IMG/VR virus record: IMGVR_UViG_3300032006_001851
Length of the DNA: 64,000 nucleotides
Strand: one strand, 5' to 3'
Origin: an uncultured virus (IMG/VR IMGVR_UViG_3300032006_001851)
Taxonomy: Duplodnaviria; Heunggongvirae; Uroviricota; Caudoviricetes
Part shown: positions 20,701 through 26,460 of the stretch, in pieces
Layout: each line of letters opens with the position of its first letter
How positions within the stretch are numbered: the stretch's first letter is position 1
The notes under the pieces: model-generated
The model's input: only the letters and a program-made list of their open reading frames with translations
Told to the model about the DNA's origin: nothing
The model's database searches: none
Program-made: the position numbers and the translations under genes

Positions 20701-23700
20701 GGTGGGCGGGGATATTTCTTTAACATGCTTAATAAGGGTGGAGTAGTATATGGGCAGACAGGAATAAGCGTTGCGGAAAAACGTAGACAGTCTGAATCCA
20801 GAAGGAAAGCTCATCGTAATATGGTGGTTGATGGTTTCAGTATGGGTGGTTTATTTTCTCGCCTAAAGGGAAATGCCGCCAATCCACTTGGTGATCCGAT
20901 TGAACACGATAGACTCTTGAGAGAACAGGATAAAGCCAAGAAGAGAAACGTCAATATGGACAAGCCTCCATCAATCTGGCCCATTGTAGCCGAAGGTGGG
21001 AAGACGCTTCCACTTGACCAAGAAAAAGCCGAGGCATGGCGAAAAGCTATGGGCCTGCCTAAAAATTACTGGTCCTTAAGCGGCAAACAAAAAGATGAAG
21101 CTAGACATCACGCCTATCTAAAACACGTGGCGCTTCGCCGTCTAACTCAAGAGCCTGTCCCGATAATCCCCCCACCCTTCCCTCTTGATTTGCCACCTGC
21201 AACTTTGCCTAAACAATCGCCTATCCCCAAACGTGGCTGGCGTCCTCGTGATCCTCATAAGCCTCCAAAAGCTCCAGCACTTCCTCCATCTCAGCCATCA
21301 GCCCCCGGTCTAACCCCCGTGCCAGCAGCACCAGCACCGGGGACAAAACCCGATCATCATGCAGCCCCGCGCCGCCGCCATCCGATTGTAGGCCCCAATG
21401 GGGCTAGCCCAGCCCGCCGAGATCCGATCTCGACTGATATTGAAAGCGGTGGATTGATGTTCCGCAAGGCCAGACCCGGCGAAAGAAAAATGGGGCCAAA
21501 CACAAGAGCAAGAGAGCAAAGAGAGAAGAATATAATAGACCAGATCCGTAAAAAATTGTACCAACAAGGTCTATCTAATAAAGATATTATCGAAAAGTTT
21601 GGACCGGTGCAGGCAGCTAAACTTGGTATTGGTGGAAGACCTCCAGCCTCCAAGCAAGAACTTTTAACAAGGGCACTTCTTAAAAGAAAATTCGGCTTAA
21701 CAGAAGCTCAAGTAGATGAAGCTATGTACTTTGGAATTACGGATGAAAAGGGCAACGTAACGTTCAAGGGTAGCAGGAGATCTCTTGGTCCAACTAAAGC
21801 CAAGCCGAAACCGGGATTGACTATAAAAAAGAAGAAGCGTTCTGTGCGGGATGTCCTAAAAGAACAAAGAGAGGGCCGCAGGAAGAATCGTGCAACTGGT
21901 GGGATGATTGGGCTACAGCGCGGTGGAATACCATCAAGACCACCCTATCAGGAACCCGGAAAAGATGTTCCATGGTTAACCAATGATGCTTGGGGGTTAC
22001 CTCCGCTTTCAATACAAGCAAAGTTTCCGGGTAGATCATGGCCATGGCGTAGCCCCGATCCCTTCGGGCTTCCTCCGCTTTCAGAACAAATGTTTGGCCT
22101 TGGCCAACAACCTTATGGGTTTCATCCCGGCCCAGAACCTTCCTCTTTCTCGCCTTGGCCGCGTGCAACTGGTGGGATGATTGGGTTGCAGCGTGGTGGA
22201 ATACCATCAAGACCACTCTACCCGGAACCCGGAAAAGATGTTCCATGGCTAACCAATGATGCTTGGGGTTTGCCTCCGCTTTCAATACAGGCAAAGTTTC
22301 CGGGTAGATCATGGCCGTGGCGTAGCCCTGATCTCGATCCCTTCGGGCTTCCTCCGCTTTCAGAACAAATATTTGGTCAACAACCTTATGGGTTTCATCC
22401 CGGCCCAGAACGTCGTGCAACTGGTGGTGTGATATATGCAGGTATAGGGTCTGTTATAGGGAAGGGGTTAAAGTGGTTGAGGGGACTGTTTGGGTTTGGT
22501 GCAAAGAAGGCGGTAAAAAAGACGGCAAAAGGAACGGGCCTATCCTTGACAAAGGGGGTGTCGAAGGTACTATCTAAAGCCGTAGAACCCCCTGTAAAGA
22601 ATATCCCCCTGCCACCACCGGGGCGACCTGATTGGGTTTCAGCGGCAAGCGGAGAACCCGGCACTGTTGCTTATCTAAAACAAGCATATGAAAATATATG
22701 GTTGCAGTCCGACGATCCATTTGGAATGATGGAACAATCGACGGTCACCATTGCCGGAAAAGAGATGGATACTTTTCATGCCATGATGGATGCTATGGTC
22801 TCACACGACTTTGTGAAGTCACGGGGGGGCTGGGGGGGAACTGGGTCGGGTGCCTATAAGGGTTCAGCTAGGGATATTGAAATTGAACTTCTTGACCACC
22901 TGTCAGGTATGGGGTTCGCTGAAAAGGATGTATTAGACTTCTACAATATGATGCAAAAGGGTGGTAGGGGTCGTGTCCTTGGTTCATCGTTAGAGCAGCA
23001 TAGAATTCTTAAAGCTACAATGAAAACCAAAAGGTCAAGACCTGTTCCGCGATCATTAAAAGGAATGGGTGATTATGAGGAAGAAGCTCTTGCTGAGTTT
23101 CTTAAGAGATATGGGCTTCATAGTTTTGATGCTCCAAAAGAGATGCAGAACCTTGGACCTGTTTGGCCCGAGAAAGGGATTGGCGGTGATAAAGCAACCG
23201 AACTGAAGGCGATAAGAGATCGAGTGAAGGCTCGTCAAAAAGATCCTCAATTGCCCCCCTTGCAATACATGCCCGGTTTTCGTATAAATCTAAAGACGGG
23301 TGAACCCTACAAGGTTAGGGTTACACCGTTAGCCCAAGAATTAATTGACGCAAGATATAGAAAAACAGGACTCCTTCCCAATGATCCCGTAGAACCCAGC
23401 ATCTGGGAAGATCTTCCCCCTAAGTTATCTTTCCATGACGGCGGTCTTGTGCCACGACAGCGTGGGGGAGATGTACCGGCCTACCTGCAAAGTGGCGAGT
23501 TTGTTATGCAGAAGAAGGCCGTTGATAATATCGGTCTTAGCAATCTAGAGAGAATGAATAGTGGCGGGGTTGTTTATGCTAAGAACGGTAGGCGTCTACC
23601 GCGCTTGCATGCGAAAGGCCAGCTACCGCCGGAGCAGAGTAAAGAGCGGGCAGCGGCAATTAAAGCCCACAGTGATCCCCATCGAGCTTTCAAGCAAGGA

Positions 23701-26460
23701 GAGCAGGATCCGCGTGGGGTAAGGGGTCAAGGGTTTTGGGGCGGACTCGTCTTTCCGGCATTTGAACTTGCTAGTGAATCTAGTCTCGATGTTGTTGGGG
23801 GAATTAAGGAGAAGTTGGGATGGCCAAAGGGAGAGCAGGAAAGATTAAGAGAAGATCCAGCATTGTGGGAGGAATTGCTTTTTGATTTTACCCATTTAAT
23901 TGGCGCTGGAGTTGTGACTGTCCCGTTTAAGTTGGGTAAAGCTGGTGTATCCGCATTTAAGGCGTCTCCAAAAGTGATTAAAGCTTTTGTTGCCTTTATG
24001 AAGAATGCCCCAATCAGTAAGACCAAGGAAGGTCTTAAAGAGGCTGCTTCTTATCTCGCCGCTCAGAGAAAAACCTATAAGGCCGGGAAAAAGGCGATGG
24101 GGTGGCAGGGCAGGCCGTTTAGGCATAAGGGTGCGGGTCGGGGTTCTCGCACTGTGCAAGGGCCTCCCGTGCCGGGTGTCGACGGCCCACGGGCAACGGG
24201 AGTTTTTGGAGGATTTTATGACGCGATGGCGATTGGTAGGAGAGTGTTGGCCGAAGGGGCCGATAAGATGGGACCGGCGGGGATGGCTCATGGAGCAAAG
24301 GTGATGACGCTCCAAGGAGCAAAGGCGTGGGACGATGCGGCACAGGAGACGCTGAAGAGGGCAGAAGTCTGGTCCAAGCAGTTGTCTGGTGGGCAGCGGA
24401 ATAGGGGAAATAAAGTCTTCGATGAAATGATCCAAAGTTTTATTGGGGAAGCTAAGCAAAAGGGAGATCTTGATATATTAAAAACCCTAGATGAGATGTT
24501 CATGACATCCGACCCTGCTCAGGCTGCGTCTGTGCAAAATCTACACCGTATGGCGATTCGTGGAATAGAACAGGGGCGGGGCGCGGAGTACTATGGGGAT
24601 ATAGAGACGGCGTTCTGGAATGATTGGGCATTTGATCTTGCAAATTCAATGGGAGATTTTGATAAGCGTCTTGGTATTAGGGCTGAGAATATTCTCAATG
24701 ATATTGTAATAGACCCCCAGATGCAGAGAGAGAAAAGTTATGGTTGGGCATCGCGTAACACCGACTATCTGAGGAGAACGGGAGAATTCTCTGGGCGTGG
24801 TTCATTGGGTCATATACAAGCCGATCTTCCAGAGCTTATGGATACTACGAGAAAAATGAGGACAGTAGGATTGCATCGTCAAAACATGACCGTTCCGGGG
24901 GGGCGCGGAAGGCGGGCCATGGAGGCAGAAGACATTATGTTTCGGGGTATGATACCCGGAGGACTTAGTAGCTCCACCCCAAAGGATTTTGAGGAAGCAA
25001 GAGCAATGCTGGTCAGCCTCAGAAGAACCGCGATGGAAGAAACACTTCACTCGATTGATAGAAGTGGTCGAATTGGTCAAATCTTAGGTCGAGCTAGAGA
25101 AGGACACCCACTTGGGGTGGGACGAGAATCGATCAGTGCGACATTCGATAAAGACATGGGAGCACTTTCGGAGTTGACCAAGCCCGGCACGGCGGGGAAG
25201 GTTCCAGAGGGGCCGTTTGCAGAGATAGCAGCGTTGGTAGATGATGAAGCGGCGTTAAAAATCTCTCAATGGGAAATGAGACTGCATAAGGCTACCGGAT
25301 TCGCAAGGAATTTCGGCACCGACACGATCAGCCACGCAGAATATATTGCAGGTAGCGCGAGAGAGAAATTTGCAAAGTTGATATCAGCCTATGAAAGCTT
25401 GATTGTAGGCACAGGGGCTGATACCGTAGCTGCGGATAAACTGATAGAAGAGATTCTTGGAAAAGGCAAAGCTCAAAAGTTTAGAAATCTTTGGCTTGGC
25501 ACAGGGAGCGGCATTGGAGATATCGGTAAGCCGGGCTTGAAAGACTTCCTGCAAAGAGTCGATAAAGCTGGCCGGTTCAAGCCGGGAGTCATGGCGAATT
25601 TAGATGAACTACCGGCTCCGCTTTTGGAATCACGATTCGAAGATATCTCAAGAATTAATTTCGGCGCTGACCCCGATGATCTGAGTCCAAGTATTAACTA
25701 TGATAGTCCGAACTTAGACTGGGCGTTTCGAAAAAATGAAACCGTAGACTTGTTGGGTACTCCTTTTTATGGGTCCGGCTCATCACGCAGCCAGTACTTC
25801 GACCCGCAGTTTCATAGAGGCCAGTTGACTTTAGAGCAGCAGAAACTGTTTGGGGAATTGCCGGGTGTGCATTGGAGACTCCGTGGAGTAGAGAAGAAAA
25901 CGGCCCTAACCGGTTTCCATCAAGGTGGTCTTGTTACAGGGCTTGCTGGTGGGGGCGATGTGATCGCTAGGCTACAGCAGAATGAATACGTTCTTAGGTC
26001 GAATGCTGCCTCTAGACTCACTAGAGATTTTGGTCCCGATTTCCTTAATAACATGAATAACTATCACAGCGGAGGACATGTTGGCTCGCAACCATCAAGC
26101 ACGTCCATAAGTGGTGGTGGTGGTGGTGAAATTTCCGTCAACATGACTGACTTTACAAACGCCTTGAATGCCACACTACAGACATTCACTCAGGGCATGC
26201 AGCAAATAGTTGTGCCGCTTGCTGAAGCAGGAAATAACTTGTCGAAGGTTGATGGTTCTGTTATTACAATGAATAGCAAGCAGGATGTTAATGTTAGTAT
26301 TCCAAACCACTCAAAGGGAATGGGTGACGCAATGGAATCGCTGGCTAATGAGGCAGTTAGGAGTGGGCTTAATCAGGTGCTTACTAAGCAGGGAGCAGCC
26401 CCTAGACCCGCCAACAAATCTAGCGTGACACCGATAGGTAAGAGACAAGGACTGACGTAA
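11755..26460 (+). CDS. Giant tape measure protein (TP901/PhageMin_Tail-like N-terminus) with multiple cargo modules
   Basis: N-terminal Ala-rich helical TMP domain (...AVEAGDLGTAIKRAGG...EELIALFT...AETIATGFRTIFTRL). Gly/Ala hydrophobic segments near 14300-14770, a long coiled region, and repeated GG...D.VPA.L..GEFV motifs. Confidence 0.9.
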   Translation: MAGKFVLTAEIRMRAPKNLKKVAQQIRSNLGSKTTEVKVQVKGAKKTAADLARVEKAVEKAGSKASAARGKFDLLGSAIGQAVVHVARYDVARRIVTAFGQAIGRATKDAIAFEREIIKVSQVTGQSVQSLKFLNTEITRLATNFGVSSSSLVKTTRILAQAGLTAKQTKSALEALAKTTLAPTFDDITSTTETSIAVMSQFGLEASKLENVLGKINRVAGSFAVEAGDLGTAIKRAGGVFKSAGGSVEELIALFTSVRSTTRETAETIATGFRTIFTRLQRPTTLKFLKRFGVELQNLEGQFVGPFEAVRRLNAVLKDLDPRDIRYSQITEQLGGFRQVSKVIPLIQQFEKAQKAYNVALDGGASLSKDAQTAQQGLAVQFTKVREEFTALVRAISNDSVFRGMIELATNMAKAFIRVADSIKPLIPLLTAFGTFALARGVGRFALGRGGGGGRGAGGRGGAMPGIFGVNKGGKIKGYARGGLVPGRGNADTVPAMLQPGEFVIRKSAVQSHGVSNLAGINRYNKGTKNRGVPKRGKKKPGTIQSQQRLGMLVQKVGKADPPDYTKVSASLRSAKQRGPVKRLLAQDETARVQAPVDVSIFTKGGNSFENSEKAIRKRAKNAQRNLSRSAGRSIGNAYKAKLGLSLGQLFEDYVTTTAGVKKPGNKNFDLIKKEGQLKDFVNERIRPYTDIKLSSNSTNARDVIRKGINQKRFDRSINRRAQRLEATNKKNTGGVITTGFAAGGAVDTVPALLTPGEFVINKESSQKIGYSKLNAMNKFSRGGPVQKRANGGPILKFAEGTPGRGVPGGAMGQAAIRRNEEAAARKANKGLDDAGKAGKKASRDLLGMAFVVSALTESLASGEGVFNDFMGGVSQGILTFVLLNEVISASALARGFDNLRGGTEGAGKGLGTLAGGLIAGAFAVNAFADKLVAADIKAGGAARQGAAGKAAGFGVAAGAIGGAGVGLGAAAGVAAATGTALTSTGIGALIGIPLLIGALAFGASEYSAATKAIQKADFADSVSKLDDTFQRFSKGRISTGLALAQAGTGSRDLRRVIERDPSQRGEFAGEIKKITGKTKELVLEFAKTSKTTQEFDNATRGAIREATLLGQTSFRRLREEAHKQIEAQIKAREAQAKLSQQIEDTFKTLNLQRSLAAGFREMTARVQEASRGLEVFATLATGRLSIGKPRAIGRLLQKPEEIVDFDKFKREIEAVDDKLKEMQVPLEDITKISGPAKKAGEVLTKLPAVLLGSAKASPTAKKGEGLIDQVLKQLGLTGAGASDADQEIGKALAIALDNVGDDLASKIKADPEGINAKIAQALTPFLKTHAEGAKFIDASNKQLAAGLQQRGQLELKIAREESELHKSRLQGLKLISEARGIDVDLVKIKEAEVAARKSLLGTDFRGGSDVDSLAKKLKELQAEIVNQERAYDEGTISFRELQDETARLRSQFSRVNLVLKDYANIQKRIAEDQKRLSQLRSQREKKAATLIDATFGGLEDILKLRANFERAEGLGRGGQPIVAGDPRNKDILQLMRQFGDVPLEAFGKITKPELQAQGLDANAIAKALKEGRARTGDELAAFKTFEFFRTKFPKLFEGAGGRAAGRQILGGTSDPEERLIQSIEKQILEGERARQAMIDSLKQTNRDLGDTLARQNKEFLRGLRQVFIQSRVDEANIEKATADAEKKNARANVKALTTTIPQTIEKLLETTTERDTARGFTAPSVALDLLTRALDKDVLTTLQNSLEPLKELDKLRGERQRGQSLRDLLATPSLNRLSTPPSVTADSGVINPLGNLRAAGFQEIEKRLDGIRRGTAGFGGLGAGGDAKANRQAGKNLAANLQELRAVAKSLGFLDELIAADAGIGSDSQVTQQKSLLQFLNKNTFGTGDKIQQALIEGIERAGIDPSTIEGLTELGKVLGKGGQVRGRTDDGDPIRVFPLQKLNEVLANVREELRRRIVIQREEEASRTSELLEGDLGKLFQKIGIDPSVGTALLARSTEEIQKALQNLDTFDLNEARDEFIRTSTDAKKAADALEIFRRQLRNIRLEAMSPARRILTEGEERRKRAGRLTEGQRRRRGEPGDSGAGMPQGGFDQFSATRGGGDRLRTDDTTAHALLESINRGVNRPSRGLSTIFSATGGVVTKYAKMGAGIPNWKPRGTDTVPAQTPDGQPYGLTPGERVMSVKATNAFGPQLASMERSAQTGIGLATGGIIYAQGGAKAGKAGVGPTAPAPAVGKNAPDWMTHTRVSDLSPELQKQYEAMGYGPDAKLWFGSNQELRGPILSQGGFTSPDKLKARYQRSKRDQEFSGSRQFQAIAALMAYAPQRSVKGDYKFFGAAAFQEMMERLAPGQAPPPGLLTFFKAFGLGAGGKGGQPNRGNQDDFARARARIFGDPPDPLDKPPTSGLMGRFYRNTGIDARRAMKKFGLFDDQGISDDGRRLLLFSKSTPITRSSSGTPKAQVHGFMGIGSEGFFGTGVNYNIFYHEMMHALSRKAATSTMYASSRADYAGYEARLQGIFSGKDDVSNELLQQELAKYGITKDSIGTGKGLPIALMEAIRLSAQNPEAQSGLPSIRKYLPWLFNMTTARSYDANQDGFLDYSEFSNAIEATMFAQRALSGQLKGVRGAVASGVIGDLAGPTKLATVAMDAAGGIGRSQATGTAEELKRAGIEQGPEYRLVEYIQEINKSFGGASGTDFLERIYNYSSYGKGFIDPRGFAENHPRGKGFRKQYLTNRDETFVRTMMLASGAQPVDRSRRGRLRRGLNLDDFIANLGTDKNSAALKAHFNQKVKYEGNTMTRADKLKRLIRKVRDNQKEISTEPVRTNQRQFGGVIYAQTGQQIDPAVPSGIDDETGRPYHIGPRPPNDGKAWERHLLPNGTPYWLLVPGQRTGPSEQPAPTEIEPVSPAPAMPTTPEPTTPRSEQPDYDPTPPTPTPRPRPRRRPRPRPRPRPRPAAQVPRPRRRRRGRAPNRRGGVYPHLNPFGGRGYFFNMLNKGGVVYGQTGISVAEKRRQSESRRKAHRNMVVDGFSMGGLFSRLKGNAANPLGDPIEHDRLLREQDKAKKRNVNMDKPPSIWPIVAEGGKTLPLDQEKAEAWRKAMGLPKNYWSLSGKQKDEARHHAYLKHVALRRLTQEPVPIIPPPFPLDLPPATLPKQSPIPKRGWRPRDPHKPPKAPALPPSQPSAPGLTPVPAAPAPGTKPDHHAAPRRRHPIVGPNGASPARRDPISTDIESGGLMFRKARPGERKMGPNTRAREQREKNIIDQIRKKLYQQGLSNKDIIEKFGPVQAAKLGIGGRPPASKQELLTRALLKRKFGLTEAQVDEAMYFGITDEKGNVTFKGSRRSLGPTKAKPKPGLTIKKKKRSVRDVLKEQREGRRKNRATGGMIGLQRGGIPSRPPYQEPGKDVPWLTNDAWGLPPLSIQAKFPGRSWPWRSPDPFGLPPLSEQMFGLGQQPYGFHPGPEPSSFSPWPRATGGMIGLQRGGIPSRPLYPEPGKDVPWLTNDAWGLPPLSIQAKFPGRSWPWRSPDLDPFGLPPLSEQIFGQQPYGFHPGPERRATGGVIYAGIGSVIGKGLKWLRGLFGFGAKKAVKKTAKGTGLSLTKGVSKVLSKAVEPPVKNIPLPPPGRPDWVSAASGEPGTVAYLKQAYENIWLQSDDPFGMMEQSTVTIAGKEMDTFHAMMDAMVSHDFVKSRGGWGGTGSGAYKGSARDIEIELLDHLSGMGFAEKDVLDFYNMMQKGGRGRVLGSSLEQHRILKATMKTKRSRPVPRSLKGMGDYEEEALAEFLKRYGLHSFDAPKEMQNLGPVWPEKGIGGDKATELKAIRDRVKARQKDPQLPPLQYMPGFRINLKTGEPYKVRVTPLAQELIDARYRKTGLLPNDPVEPSIWEDLPPKLSFHDGGLVPRQRGGDVPAYLQSGEFVMQKKAVDNIGLSNLERMNSGGVVYAKNGRRLPRLHAKGQLPPEQSKERAAAIKAHSDPHRAFKQGEQDPRGVRGQGFWGGLVFPAFELASESSLDVVGGIKEKLGWPKGEQERLREDPALWEELLFDFTHLIGAGVVTVPFKLGKAGVSAFKASPKVIKAFVAFMKNAPISKTKEGLKEAASYLAAQRKTYKAGKKAMGWQGRPFRHKGAGRGSRTVQGPPVPGVDGPRATGVFGGFYDAMAIGRRVLAEGADKMGPAGMAHGAKVMTLQGAKAWDDAAQETLKRAEVWSKQLSGGQRNRGNKVFDEMIQSFIGEAKQKGDLDILKTLDEMFMTSDPAQAASVQNLHRMAIRGIEQGRGAEYYGDIETAFWNDWAFDLANSMGDFDKRLGIRAENILNDIVIDPQMQREKSYGWASRNTDYLRRTGEFSGRGSLGHIQADLPELMDTTRKMRTVGLHRQNMTVPGGRGRRAMEAEDIMFRGMIPGGLSSSTPKDFEEARAMLVSLRRTAMEETLHSIDRSGRIGQILGRAREGHPLGVGRESISATFDKDMGALSELTKPGTAGKVPEGPFAEIAALVDDEAALKISQWEMRLHKATGFARNFGTDTISHAEYIAGSAREKFAKLISAYESLIVGTGADTVAADKLIEEILGKGKAQKFRNLWLGTGSGIGDIGKPGLKDFLQRVDKAGRFKPGVMANLDELPAPLLESRFEDISRINFGADPDDLSPSINYDSPNLDWAFRKNETVDLLGTPFYGSGSSRSQYFDPQFHRGQLTLEQQKLFGELPGVHWRLRGVEKKTALTGFHQGGLVTGLAGGGDVIARLQQNEYVLRSNAASRLTRDFGPDFLNNMNNYHSGGHVGSQPSSTSISGGGGGEISVNMTDFTNALNATLQTFTQGMQQIVVPLAEAGNNLSKVDGSVITMNSKQDVNVSIPNHSKGMGDAMESLANEAVRSGLNQVLTKQGAAPRPANKSSVTPIGKRQGLT
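20557..20655 (+). repeat. In-frame low-complexity (Pro-Arg)n tract
   Basis: Encodes PRPRPRRRPRPRPRPRPRPAAQVPRPRRRRRGR. Confidence 0.85.
21889..22427 (+). repeat. In-frame tandem duplication (273-bp and 252-bp units) bounded by CGTGCAACTGGTGG
   Basis: The 14-mer occurs at 21889, 22162 and 22414, and the two units align closely. Confidence 0.95.

Noticed and set aside
21889..22427. Possible diversity-generating retroelement TR/VR pair
   Set aside because: Differences are not adenine-specific and are mostly synonymous, both copies are in frame in one gene, and no reverse transcriptase is in the window.
21889..22427. Three identical 14-mers as a mini CRISPR array
   Set aside because: Spacing is 252-273 bp, the intervening sequences are copies of each other, and all of it is coding.
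22823..22850. G7-CT-G7-AACT-G3-TC-G3 as a G-quadruplex or phase-variable tract
   Set aside because: Explained by the Gly-rich peptide RGGWGGTGSG. The frame is intact and nothing else supports a function.
11755..26460. Reading the full TMP length as an extremely long tail
   Set aside because: Only about the first 2100 aa look like a helical ruler. The rest is Pro-rich or globular cargo, so tail length cannot be inferred.
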